A stretch of DNA of 64,000 nucleotides from Verrucomicrobiia bacterium (GCA_963664225.1 OY760937.1:1088001-1152000), one strand, 5' to 3'; numbered from the stretch's first letter, positions 1 through 10,271 are shown. A program made the numbers and translations. The notes: generated by a model from the letters alone, not told the origin.

Positions 1-1
1 G

Positions 2-3000
2 GATTTTCCGATTTCGGCCGGGGATTGGTTTTACTCGGTGGGCAATAACAGCGGGGAATTTGTGCAATTTGACGTTCAGACATCCATCATTGTTTCCAAT
101 GCCTACGGGAATTACTACCAGGTGCTCAAGCAAATCAACGATGACTGCGGGCCCTACTACCGTTACGAGACCGGCACCAGCATGTCGGCGCCGGTGGTGT
201 CTGGAATCCTGGCGTTGATGAAGGAGTTTTTCGAGCAAAAGCTGCCTGCGGACAAGCGTATGACCAACAGCCCGGCCCTGATGAAGGCGCTGATCATCAA
301 TGGCGCGCATTCGGTGAGCGGGCGTTATGATCTCTCGCCAAACAAAACTCGCAATATCGAGGGTTGGGGCATTGTGGATCTGACCAACAGCATTCCGATG
401 GCCTTAACCAACGGCGTTACCACCAACGGACCTTTGGTGCTGGTGGAGCAGAGCGTGACGAACGCCCTGGCCACGACGCAAAGCAAGACCTGGGCGGTTG
501 GTGTTTCGTCCGATGCCACTAATTCAGGCCTGAAGTTCACGCTTGTGTGGACCGATCCCCCAGGAAATCCGAATGCCTCTTCCAAACTGGTCAACGATCT
601 GGACCTGGTGGTGACTAATCTGGACACGGGGGACGTGTATGTGGGCAACGACATTCCTGAGCAGAGCGATTATAACACCGTTCAAACCACAAACAGCGTT
701 TCCCGATTCGATTTGGTGAACAATGTGGAGAATGTATTCATCCGCGAGGCCAGGGGCACCAACTACAGCGTGACCGTTCTGGGACGACGTGTGAATGTAA
801 ACGCGGTGACGGCCAATACCAACCTTGTGGTGCAGGATTATGCGCTGGTGATCTCCTGCGGCGACCTGACACTGACCAACGGCCTTGGATTGACGGCCCT
901 GGCGCCGGTGAGTTCCGTCGCAACCACGAACGCGCTGGTCACGCGCCCGACGAGGGAAATAACCAATGGCGTGGCGTTGATGAACGAGAGGGTGGGCGCC
1001 AACTCGGCCTTGGCCTCGACAAACCGTGTCCTCCCCCTGGCGGCCACGAACGGCACGGCTGTGCAGTGGAATTTTTACGTGTTTACCAATTCCATTTCGA
1101 CCAATAACCCAACAGGTCTCACCAATGGTCCCAACGTGGCTTTCATTACTTTCCAACCGCCGAACCTGTCCAATTCGAGGTTGTTGGATGCGGATATCGA
1201 CCTGTATGTTTCCACTAATCCGGCGTTGACCAATCTGGATCCGCTGGTGATTTCCGCGGCGGACAAGTCCACAAGTCGCGGAGGGACGGAACTGGTGTTT
1301 TATACCAACGCGCCCTTAGGCCGGGTTTACTACATCGGCGTGAAATCCGAAGACCAAAAGGCGGCGGAGTACGGGTTCATAGGATTGTCGAGCCAGGTGC
1401 CGTTTTCGCAGAACATCAATGGGAGCATGCTGATGCAGGTCTTTCCACTATTTCAGGTTATTCCCGATGGCGCGGCTGACCGGCCGGGCCGCACGAATGC
1501 CTTTGCGATCGGGACCTTCCCGCTGAAGGTCGGCAGGGTGGTGGTGACCAATGTGATCACCCATCAGGATTTGGGAGACATAGTGGAAACCCTCAGCCAT
1601 AACCAAAGCTATGTGACACTGTTCAACCACAATTTGAACAACACAAATTTTGCGGGGACGAATATGATGTTTGTCTTCGATGACAGCAATGGCGGAGGCA
1701 TTCCATTCAGTCGGCCCTCGGACGGCCCGGGTTCCCTGTTGGACTTTAAAAATCAGCAGGCGTTGGGTGTTTGGATGCTGAACATGACTGATAACGGACT
1801 GACGCACACCGGACGCGTTGAGAGTTGTTCGATCTGGATCGATCCGTTCCCGGCCTTGACCGGTCTGGCCGGCCGTGTCGAACCCAGAACCTGGCAGTAT
1901 TATGGAATTACAGTTCCGCCCGAGGCCACTAACTTGACGGTGACCGTTTGGGATCTCAACCCGGCGCTGCCCTTGGATGTGTATGTGCGCGGCGGAGATT
2001 ATCCGGGCGCCAATGTTTACGACAAGCATGTGCGCGTGGATCCGAACCTGCCGTTCGACCCCACCAAGCCGACGCTGCAATTGGGGTTGGGCGACTCGCC
2101 GCCCTTGGTTCCCGGGCAGTTCTATTACATCGGGGTGTATAATCCCAATAATGTGGCGATCGATTTCCGGATCGATGCGAGCCTTCAGTATGATTTGTCA
2201 GGCGGCTTGGCGCAGACCTTCATTTCCCAAGATACGCCGATGCCGATTCTGGACGATGCGTTGACGATTTCGAGCAACTTTGTGTCGCTCAACCGGCAGA
2301 TCATCGATGTGCGCGTCGGTTTGCGCATCGACCATCCCCGACTCTCGGATTTGTCCATTCATCTGGTAAGTCCGCAAGGCACGCGCGTGTTGCTGGATGA
2401 AAACCGCGGACAGCAAGCGGGGACGCAATTTGGTTATACCATCGGCACGAACATCAATTACGCGACTTTTGCTGAGCTGACGAATTATCCATCGACGCCG
2501 ATCAAATTCGCGCAGCCACAATTCACCAACAGCATCATCGGTCCGATCATCTATCAACAGGACTTTGAGACAGTGGCGCCGGGGAGCTACCCAACGGGAC
2601 CACGGTTCGATAACTGGCTGGTCATTGGCAATCCGGTGACGGTGTTGACCGATCCGGTGCTGGCCAATTCAGGAACGAATCTGTTGGAAATGTCGGGAAG
2701 CCGAATCCGGCGGGTGCTTCCGACACAGGCAGGCACAGATTACGAATTAACCTTTGCCTACCGGAAATATCCGTCGCTGGACGGCCTGATTGGTTGGTGG
2801 CCCGGTGAAGGCAACGGCAGTGATGTTTTCGGGCGTCAAAACGCATTGCTCACCAACGGGGTCATCTTCGAGAATGCCGTGGTCGGGCAGGGTATGAGGT
2901 TTAACGGCGTCCGCAATTACGGGGTTCTTACAGGGGATCCTGCGGCTTTGGCCGTTCCCCATTACACGGTTGAGGCCTGGGTAAAACCGCTGACCCAAGT

Positions 3001-5800
3001 GAATAATTTTCAGGGTCAGTCGCTTGTTTTTGGTCAGGCGTTTGGCCGGGCCCAATTGGTTTTGCGGCCGGGCACCACGGGCGTAAAAGTGGCCTGGCAA
3101 TTTGCCGACTCGCGCTTCAGCGTGGTGAGTGTGGAAAGCACCCGTGAAATTCCGATCAACCAGTTCACCCATCTGGCGGGAACCTGGGATGGATCGAATT
3201 TGCGGATTTATATCAACGGCGTGCTTGATGCCACGCTGGCCACTCCCAGCGCTCCCCGGTTGTCCACGGCGGGATTTTATATTGGCGGATTTAATTCGCG
3301 CGGCGCAGAGGGACTGGCGATCGGCCAGTACTTGAACGGAACGATCGACGAGATCGGTTATTTCAATGTTGCGCTTGACGCCACCAACATTGCCGCGATT
3401 TACGCAACGGGTTCGCAAGGGAAATGCTCAATGCAGGTTTCTCCGGAACCTTGCAAAGCGACTGTGAATGTCTCGCTGGCCGGGGTTGGTACCAATGATA
3501 TTTTTGGCGATTCGACATGGCAGGTGTTCAAGTTGCCATTCAAAGCGCCTGCCAACAATATCGCGATCAATCTGCAAAACACTCTGGGGAACATGCTGAT
3601 TGAGGATGTTGTCCTGCGCGAGAAGGGGCGGATCTATCAGGCGGAGGAGTCCCTGGAAGCGTTCAAGGACGAGCCCAGTCAGGGCAACTGGCGGTTGGAG
3701 GTTGAGGACTCCCGCGTGGGACCAGGGGTGGGTGCGCTGCCCGTGGCATCAATAGTGAGCTGGGAACTGCAATTCATCTTTGCGTCCCCATCGATCAGTG
3801 TCGTCACATTGACCAACGCCGTTGCCTATACCAACGTTGTCGTTGGCGGCGACACGAAGTATTTCAAGATTGTTGTGCCGCTCTCGGCGCATTTCGCCAC
3901 GAATACGCTCACTGGCACGGGTGACTTGATCCTGATCGGAAACCGGGCGGGGCTGCCCACGGGGGATTCGTTGCTCGACGATTATTATGTCGATAACCGG
4001 GGTGTGAATGGCGGCGAATATCTTTTGTTGAGCACAGGCAGTCCGCTGAACGCTCCCTTGCAACCCGGCGGTGTGTATTACCTCGGGGTGAGGAATAAGG
4101 ATCCGAGGCAGAACAACACCTTCAGCATACGCGTGGATTTCGACCAGGTCGATCAGCCCGCGAATGTCATCACGCTAACGAGCGGCGTTCCCATCACCCG
4201 TTCGGTGAACCAGGGAAACCTCCCGGATTATTTTCGGTTCACCGTGACCGCGCTGGCCTACGAGGCCACATTCGATCTCTTCCCGAGCAACGGCGATGTC
4301 AATCTGGTTTTGCGCAAGGGAGGGCCTGAGGTCGATCCGCTTCCGACGCTGACGCGCTATGATTATGCCAGCACGCAACCGGGCACCACGCCCGACCAGG
4401 TGGTGGTCACAACCAATTCGTTCCCGGTCAAATTGAGTCCCGGTGTCTGGTATCTGGCGGTGTATAATGCGGATACCAATACTGTGGACTATACCATCCG
4501 CGCGACGGAGTTCCTGAACATCGTCACCAACGTGGTGCAGCTGACAAATAATGCACCGCTCAATGCGCAGCAGACCTTTGGTCCCTATCTGACCAATTTC
4601 TACCGTTTGAGCATTACGGAGACCAATCCAAGCTTCCGTCTCGATCTGTATAATCTGACTGGGAACGGGAATCTGGTGTTGCGCCGGGGACAGTATCCGA
4701 CCAGCAATCTTTTCGATGCATCGAGCATCAATCTCGGGACCAATTCCGAGACCATCGTGGTGACCACCAATGCGTTGGCGCCCGATCTCAATGGGGACTG
4801 GTATGTTGCGGTGCTCAATCGGGAAACCAACGCGGTGGACTTCACCTTGCGGGCCATTGTTGCTCCGCAAGTAACACCCCTGGCCGATACTGTGGGGATC
4901 ACTGATGTGGTCAAGGCGGGGCCGGGCTGGCATTATTACTCCTTTAATGTAAGCACGGACGCTGTGGCGGCCTCGTTCGAATTGCTGCCACAGAATGGCG
5001 ATGTCGGTTTGTATGTGCTTAACTCGACCAATATCCTTTATCCCTGGCCGACGCTGACGAGCTACAATTACCGCAGCGACCAGTCGGGAACAAATCGGGA
5101 GTTGATCACGGTATCGACCAATTCAATCCCGAAAGCACTGACTGGAGGGACTTGGTTTGTCGGCGTGTATAATCCCGGCACGAACGCTGTGATTTATCAG
5201 ATCATGGCCACCGAGCTGCGTCCTTCGGTTACGCCGATCATCACACTGTTCAACAATGTGATTGTGAATCGTCCGGCGTTGACCAACGGCAATGTCGCGT
5301 ATTTCCAATTCCAGGTCAGCGTCCAGGCGACGCAGGCGATTTTTGAGACGTTCTTTGCCACTGGAAATATGAGCCTCTATGCGCGGCAAGGTCTGCCTTT
5401 GCCCACACCTGTTAATGCGCATTTCAGCAGCACGAATGCCGGCGCGGCGGATGAGATGATCCGGGTTTACACGAATTCGCAGCCTGTGGCGTTGAGTCCG
5501 GGCTGGTGGTTCCTGACGGTCAGCAACAGTGATGTAAGTCCTCAGAAATATTCGATTCGCGCGGTGGAATTGTCAGCGACCCCGCTGGCGATCCGTCCGC
5601 AATTGAGTTTCAGTCCCTCGACGGTGTGCCTGACTTGGAGTTCGTTGATCGGCGAAAGTTATTCGATTCAGGGTAAGGCCAAAATCACCGATCCGATCTG
5701 GATTCCGCTCGCGCCGACACAGGTGGCCAGCAATCAATTGACCACGATCTGTCTGCCGACTCCGGCCACGAACCAATACTTCTTCTGGGTGCATCCGTGA
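2..5800 (+). CDS. Giant secreted S8 (subtilisin-like) serine peptidase with P-domains, LamG-like domain, PPC-like repeats and C-terminal sorting-like domain; 5' end lies outside the window
   Basis: The frame is open from base 2. Catalytic-Ser motif GTSMSAPVVSG and 'SPALMKALIINGA'. Proprotein-convertase P-like segments (ITHQDLGD..., IDHPRLSDLSIHLVSPQGT). LamG motif (YTVEAWVKP...HLAGTWDGSNLRIYINGVL). About 5 tandem ~120-aa PPC-like repeats near the C-terminus. Confidence 0.9.
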   Translation, partial: DFPISAGDWFYSVGNNSGEFVQFDVQTSIIVSNAYGNYYQVLKQINDDCGPYYRYETGTSMSAPVVSGILALMKEFFEQKLPADKRMTNSPALMKALIINGAHSVSGRYDLSPNKTRNIEGWGIVDLTNSIPMALTNGVTTNGPLVLVEQSVTNALATTQSKTWAVGVSSDATNSGLKFTLVWTDPPGNPNASSKLVNDLDLVVTNLDTGDVYVGNDIPEQSDYNTVQTTNSVSRFDLVNNVENVFIREARGTNYSVTVLGRRVNVNAVTANTNLVVQDYALVISCGDLTLTNGLGLTALAPVSSVATTNALVTRPTREITNGVALMNERVGANSALASTNRVLPLAATNGTAVQWNFYVFTNSISTNNPTGLTNGPNVAFITFQPPNLSNSRLLDADIDLYVSTNPALTNLDPLVISAADKSTSRGGTELVFYTNAPLGRVYYIGVKSEDQKAAEYGFIGLSSQVPFSQNINGSMLMQVFPLFQVIPDGAADRPGRTNAFAIGTFPLKVGRVVVTNVITHQDLGDIVETLSHNQSYVTLFNHNLNNTNFAGTNMMFVFDDSNGGGIPFSRPSDGPGSLLDFKNQQALGVWMLNMTDNGLTHTGRVESCSIWIDPFPALTGLAGRVEPRTWQYYGITVPPEATNLTVTVWDLNPALPLDVYVRGGDYPGANVYDKHVRVDPNLPFDPTKPTLQLGLGDSPPLVPGQFYYIGVYNPNNVAIDFRIDASLQYDLSGGLAQTFISQDTPMPILDDALTISSNFVSLNRQIIDVRVGLRIDHPRLSDLSIHLVSPQGTRVLLDENRGQQAGTQFGYTIGTNINYATFAELTNYPSTPIKFAQPQFTNSIIGPIIYQQDFETVAPGSYPTGPRFDNWLVIGNPVTVLTDPVLANSGTNLLEMSGSRIRRVLPTQAGTDYELTFAYRKYPSLDGLIGWWPGEGNGSDVFGRQNALLTNGVIFENAVVGQGMRFNGVRNYGVLTGDPAALAVPHYTVEAWVKPLTQVNNFQGQSLVFGQAFGRAQLVLRPGTTGVKVAWQFADSRFSVVSVESTREIPINQFTHLAGTWDGSNLRIYINGVLDATLATPSAPRLSTAGFYIGGFNSRGAEGLAIGQYLNGTIDEIGYFNVALDATNIAAIYATGSQGKCSMQVSPEPCKATVNVSLAGVGTNDIFGDSTWQVFKLPFKAPANNIAINLQNTLGNMLIEDVVLREKGRIYQAEESLEAFKDEPSQGNWRLEVEDSRVGPGVGALPVASIVSWELQFIFASPSISVVTLTNAVAYTNVVVGGDTKYFKIVVPLSAHFATNTLTGTGDLILIGNRAGLPTGDSLLDDYYVDNRGVNGGEYLLLSTGSPLNAPLQPGGVYYLGVRNKDPRQNNTFSIRVDFDQVDQPANVITLTSGVPITRSVNQGNLPDYFRFTVTALAYEATFDLFPSNGDVNLVLRKGGPEVDPLPTLTRYDYASTQPGTTPDQVVVTTNSFPVKLSPGVWYLAVYNADTNTVDYTIRATEFLNIVTNVVQLTNNAPLNAQQTFGPYLTNFYRLSITETNPSFRLDLYNLTGNGNLVLRRGQYPTSNLFDASSINLGTNSETIVVTTNALAPDLNGDWYVAVLNRETNAVDFTLRAIVAPQVTPLADTVGITDVVKAGPGWHYYSFNVSTDAVAASFELLPQNGDVGLYVLNSTNILYPWPTLTSYNYRSDQSGTNRELITVSTNSIPKALTGGTWFVGVYNPGTNAVIYQIMATELRPSVTPIITLFNNVIVNRPALTNGNVAYFQFQVSVQATQAIFETFFATGNMSLYARQGLPLPTPVNAHFSSTNAGAADEMIRVYTNSQPVALSPGWWFLTVSNSDVSPQKYSIRAVELSATPLAIRPQLSFSPSTVCLTWSSLIGESYSIQGKAKITDPIWIPLAPTQVASNQLTTICLPTPATNQYFFWVHP

Positions 5801-6786
5801 CCCGACGCAAAGACAGTCCCAAACAAGTTACTGCGAAAATGCAGTCCTCGCCTGGGGCTTTGGTGTTGTCGCTGAATCCGGCGGTGGATTTGGAGTGGAT
5901 CGTTCCGGTGGTGCGCTGGAACGAGAAGAACACGATCGAGGCCGAACGTCGCTGGGCTGGCGGAAAGGGTGTGAACGTCGCCCGATGGTTGCGGCACGTG
6001 GGTTGTCGGCTTAAATTAATGATTCCTCTGGGAGGCGCGCCAGGGGATGAAATGCGCGCCGCTTTGCGCCGTGAAAAAATACCCACCCGGATTATTCCTT
6101 TGCATGAGGCCTCACGGGTGGATGCCGTGGTGACCGCAGCCGATGGCCGCCAACTACGCTTCAATCCGCGTGGTCCCCGCCTTGCCGAATCCGAATGGCG
6201 CCGGTTGGAGAAGGAGTTTAAGAGCCTCCTCAAACAATCCCGATTACTCGTGATTTCCGGCAGCATGCCGCCGGGCGCGCCGGTCGATCTATACGCGCGC
6301 TGGACTCGGATGGCGCAAGGGCAGGGCCTTCAAGCGCTGGTGGATTGCGATGGGCCGGTGTTTGCTGAAGCCGTGAAGGCGGGACCGTTCTTGGTCAAGC
6401 CCAACGCGCATGAGCTCGCCCAATGGATCGGCAAACCCCTGAAAGGGATTGCGGAATTGCGAGCCGCCGCAGTGGCATTGTCCCAGGCGACAGGCGGATG
6501 GGTGGCTGTTTCCCGGGGGCCTCAAGCGGCTTGGTTGCTGCGGGCGGAAAGCGGCGAGTTTTATCAGGCCACGCCTCCCGCGATGGAGATTCAAACTACG
6601 AATGGAGCGGGGGATGCAATGCTGGCCGGGATGGCCGGTCGAATCTTGCATGACGCCGAGCCTGCGGATTGGTTGCGCCATGGGGTTGCCACTGGAGTTG
6701 CGGCCACACAATGCCCGGCGGGAACCACGCCAACGCAAGAGGTCTTCGATTGCTGTATTAAACAAATCAAGGTCGTGGCGGGATAA
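5797..6786 (+). CDS. 1-phosphofructokinase-family hexose kinase (PfkB family)
   Basis: LSLNPAVD, AGGKGVNVAR, ISGSMPPG, VKPNAHEL, TTNGAGDAMLAG motifs. GTGA overlap with the upstream stop. Confidence 0.9.
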   Translation: MTRRKDSPKQVTAKMQSSPGALVLSLNPAVDLEWIVPVVRWNEKNTIEAERRWAGGKGVNVARWLRHVGCRLKLMIPLGGAPGDEMRAALRREKIPTRIIPLHEASRVDAVVTAADGRQLRFNPRGPRLAESEWRRLEKEFKSLLKQSRLLVISGSMPPGAPVDLYARWTRMAQGQGLQALVDCDGPVFAEAVKAGPFLVKPNAHELAQWIGKPLKGIAELRAAAVALSQATGGWVAVSRGPQAAWLLRAESGEFYQATPPAMEIQTTNGAGDAMLAGMAGRILHDAEPADWLRHGVATGVAATQCPAGTTPTQEVFDCCIKQIKVVAG

Positions 6787-6910
6787 TCCGCGGGAGCGCG
6801 AATAAGGGCTGTGGGATTGCGATCAATGCGATTTCAGCCGCGCCATGATCCCGAAAACACAGGCAAATTCCTGCTCGCAGTGGTCTCTCGATCCCATTAA
6901 AACAACGGAT

Positions 6911-9574
6911 GTGAAACACCCTTGCTCATTCGGAAAAGTTGCTGCTGTAGGAATGTTTTTGATGGCCTGCGTCGGCACCGGCTTTGGGGATATCGCGATT
7001 CGCACCATCAAAGTCGGCATGTCCGGGGCTGCCTTGCTCATTAACGGCAATTTCGATGAGCAAAGCGCCAAGGCCGCCAATGCCTGGCGTGGATGGCAAA
7101 AGGGTTTTCAGATGGTTGCCGATGAGGGCAGGAATGGCTCCCGGGCGGTCGTTTGCTCGCGAAAGGAAGGCGACGGTGAAAATGGCGCCAGCCAGACTCT
7201 TGAATTAAGACGGACGAATACAGCACCGATCATCGTCAGCGGTTGGAGCAAAGCTGAGGATGTTAGCGGCAGCCCGGACAGCGGATACTCGCTCTATGCG
7301 GACCTCGTTTTTGAAGATGGCACCACCCTTTGGGGGCAGACTGCAAATTTCTCTTGCGGCACACACGATTGGGAACAAGGCGAGTTTGTGATTCTGCCGG
7401 ATAAACCGATCCGATCGCTCACCTTGCACTGCCTGTTCCGGGGACACACGGGCAAGGTCTGGTTTGATGACGTTGTGTTGCAGGAGATGAATATTCCATC
7501 AGGGGCCGTCATGTATCAGGGCGCGCCGATTGAAACGAATTCAGCCCAAATCAAGCCTGTGCCAGGCGAGCCTGCCAAAACAATCGAATCCGAGGGCCTG
7601 GCAATGACGTTCCAAGGTCAAACGATCGCCTCCATGGCCATGAATCAGAAAAAAATGGACTCGGCCGCGCCGGGTGGTTTTCTGGTCCGTGATTTTGAGG
7701 CCAAATCCGATTTTCACACCTTCAAAAACGGGGTTTGTGAAGAGTTGGGGCTGAAGATAAACGCCGCTTTTACCAAGGCGAAAAACCATGTCGTGGTGTC
7801 TGGAGAAGTTCAAAATACCACAGGAAAAGATCGCGCTGTCACGCTGCTTTTTTCATTGCCCGTGGATGCCACTGGCTGGACCTGGGGGGATGACGTGCGG
7901 CATGTGCGCCTCATCCAGGGGAATGAAGAATATGCCAACACGTTCAACCTCCATAGCGGAGCCAACGGCAAAATGTCCTATTATCCGTTGGCGGCCGTTT
8001 GGAATCAAAAAGCTGGAATCGCCCTGGGTATGGATATGGATTACCCGGCGCAATACCGGCTGGTTTGCAACAGTGCGTTACGCCAATTCTTCATTGCCTA
8101 TGATTTTGGACTGACTCCTGAGACATCCAATTCACATGGGCAGGCAAAGTTTCGCTTTGTCATTTACACGTTTGAACCGCAATGGGGATTTCGTGCGGCG
8201 CTTCAAAAATATTATGAGATATTTCCCCAGCACTTCACAAAGCGAGTCCGGCGCGAGGGCAACTGGATGCCTTTTACCGATATTTCAAAAGTGAAGGGGT
8301 TCGAGGATTTTGCCTTTGCCTTTCAGGAGGGCGCCCCCAATGTGGTCTTTGACGATCAGCATGATATCGCCAGTTTCGTATATGTGGAGCCGATGAGCCA
8401 TTGGCTGCCGATGCCGATGGCGGTTCCTCGAACTTATGACGGGACACTCAGTCTTTTGCGCGAAGACCTCTCGGGCAAGAGAGGGGACACTTTGAAACAG
8501 ATGGCCTCGGCCACATTCAGCAGCGGCTCTCATCAGGCGAATGGGCAGTTTGCCATGTCCATTCAAAAGGCACCGTGGTGTGATGGGGCCGTCATCTACT
8601 TAAATCCGATGCCCGGTATCGTAACGAATGCCACCTATCCATCCTCCAAAGCCAGCGTCATGAAGAGGTACATCCAAGAGGCGTTCGAGAGCAACGCTCC
8701 GAAGACCCAAACAAGTGTGCCCATGGCTGGCCTTGACGGCGTGTACCTGGATTCGATCGAGATGGCCGCTGAAGAACTCAACTACAGACGGGAACATTTT
8801 CGTGTGACCAAAACACCGCTGGTCTTTGACCAACAAGGCCGACCATGCCAATTAATGATGCTGGCCACGTGGGAATTTGCCCAATCCGAAGCCAGCGAAA
8901 TGCATCGGCAGAACAAGTTTATGTTCGCCAATTCCGCGCTCTGGAAATTCAGTTTCAATGCGCCATTACTGGATGTGATGGGCACCGAAGTGGATTGGAT
9001 GACGGGCGGACGTTACCAGCCTTCCACAGATACGATCATGAATTTTCGGAGGGCATTGTGTTATCAAAAGCCTTACTGCCTGTTGATGAACACGGATTAT
9101 AGTGCATTTACGCCCGAAAAGGTGGAACGCTATTTCCAACGGTGTCTCTTTTACGGAATCTGGCCTGGCTTCTTCGATCAGGAAGCCGCGTCCAAGGATC
9201 CGTATTGGGATTCCAAAGGCCGCTGGTATGAGCGCGACCGGGCATTGTTTAAGAAATACATGCCTCTCTTCCAGCAAACCACTGCTGCGGGCTGGAATCC
9301 GATCACATTTGCACAAGCGGACAATAACGATATTCATCTGGAGCGCTTTGGTCCTGACGCACAAAAGCGCCTTTTCATTACGCTCTGCAATGAATCGGAG
9401 AAAACACAATCGGGCCGGGTGAATGTCGATTTTGTAGGGCTGGGGATAAAGCCAATGGTCGAAGCCACGGAATTGATCTCGGGATACAGACACCTGGCGG
9501 ACAAGGAAGGATGGCCTGTTGAGCTTAAGCCTCAGGAAACCGAGGTGCTGGTGCTTGATTTCAAAAACAACTGA
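6911..9574 (+). CDS. Secreted carbohydrate-binding / putative glycoside hydrolase of unassigned family
   Basis: Signal-peptide-like N-terminus from GTG 6911 (ORF open from 6845). CBM4/9-like domain (LLINGNFDE...GKVWFDDVVL), then a TIM-barrel-like region with LDGVYLDSIE. Confidence 0.6.
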   Translation: MKHPCSFGKVAAVGMFLMACVGTGFGDIAIRTIKVGMSGAALLINGNFDEQSAKAANAWRGWQKGFQMVADEGRNGSRAVVCSRKEGDGENGASQTLELRRTNTAPIIVSGWSKAEDVSGSPDSGYSLYADLVFEDGTTLWGQTANFSCGTHDWEQGEFVILPDKPIRSLTLHCLFRGHTGKVWFDDVVLQEMNIPSGAVMYQGAPIETNSAQIKPVPGEPAKTIESEGLAMTFQGQTIASMAMNQKKMDSAAPGGFLVRDFEAKSDFHTFKNGVCEELGLKINAAFTKAKNHVVVSGEVQNTTGKDRAVTLLFSLPVDATGWTWGDDVRHVRLIQGNEEYANTFNLHSGANGKMSYYPLAAVWNQKAGIALGMDMDYPAQYRLVCNSALRQFFIAYDFGLTPETSNSHGQAKFRFVIYTFEPQWGFRAALQKYYEIFPQHFTKRVRREGNWMPFTDISKVKGFEDFAFAFQEGAPNVVFDDQHDIASFVYVEPMSHWLPMPMAVPRTYDGTLSLLREDLSGKRGDTLKQMASATFSSGSHQANGQFAMSIQKAPWCDGAVIYLNPMPGIVTNATYPSSKASVMKRYIQEAFESNAPKTQTSVPMAGLDGVYLDSIEMAAEELNYRREHFRVTKTPLVFDQQGRPCQLMMLATWEFAQSEASEMHRQNKFMFANSALWKFSFNAPLLDVMGTEVDWMTGGRYQPSTDTIMNFRRALCYQKPYCLLMNTDYSAFTPEKVERYFQRCLFYGIWPGFFDQEAASKDPYWDSKGRWYERDRALFKKYMPLFQQTTAAGWNPITFAQADNNDIHLERFGPDAQKRLFITLCNESEKTQSGRVNVDFVGLGIKPMVEATELISGYRHLADKEGWPVELKPQETEVLVLDFKNN

Positions 9575-9581
9575 CAATCCA

Positions 9582-10271
9582 TTATTCCGGTCCCCCCGAC
9601 ATTTGTGGAGGAGAATCGAGAGGTTGATCTTCAGATTCAAAAGAATTGTACATGTCCACCAGATCATTATAGGCCTCAGCAAATGCGTTTGCGTTGACTT
9701 CGTCCATCGCATCCGGGCCCACCAACTCGATGATCTCAATCCGCCTCTCAATGAGCGGTAAATCGTCCGCAGTCAGATTCTCCGGGTCAGGGAAGCCTTC
9801 CTCATTCAGGTCTTCGATCAGGTTCTGGCGCTCATCGGCGGATAGAGTCGGATCGTTAATGGCGGCATACCAGTAATCCTCGGCGTCGCGATCGATGCCA
9901 ACATAACGTAAAGCAAAGCGCGCCATGGGATATTGGTCTGGCTCCACCCAATCAAAGATGGACCAGGAAAAGTCCAACGTAGCCTCTGGATTTAAATCCA
10001 CCCCGGCGAAGATCCCGGCTGGCGGTGCTGTGGGAGTCACCTTGGGAGAAATGTTGGTTTCCGCGCCCTGAATTGGTTCCAATTCGGCGGGAGGAATCTC
10101 CATGGGCTTGGCGCGGGTCGCTTCAGTTTTAGGCCGATCGGCTTGAATGTTGGGCCTGATTCTGGCTACCGGCATGACAATCTGCGGCGTTGTGGTGTGG
10201 GTAAGTATGAGAAAGTCCACAGTCAGCGTAGCAAACACCGCAATAATGATGAGTTTTCTGCCAGTTCGCAT
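9582..10271 (-). CDS. Membrane-anchored acidic hypothetical protein
   Basis: 229-aa ORF: basic N-terminus, one hydrophobic helix, Pro-rich linker, very acidic helical C-domain. Confidence 0.7.
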   Translation of the reverse strand: MRTGRKLIIIAVFATLTVDFLILTHTTTPQIVMPVARIRPNIQADRPKTEATRAKPMEIPPAELEPIQGAETNISPKVTPTAPPAGIFAGVDLNPEATLDFSWSIFDWVEPDQYPMARFALRYVGIDRDAEDYWYAAINDPTLSADERQNLIEDLNEEGFPDPENLTADDLPLIERRIEIIELVGPDAMDEVNANAFAEAYNDLVDMYNSFESEDQPLDSPPQMSGGPE

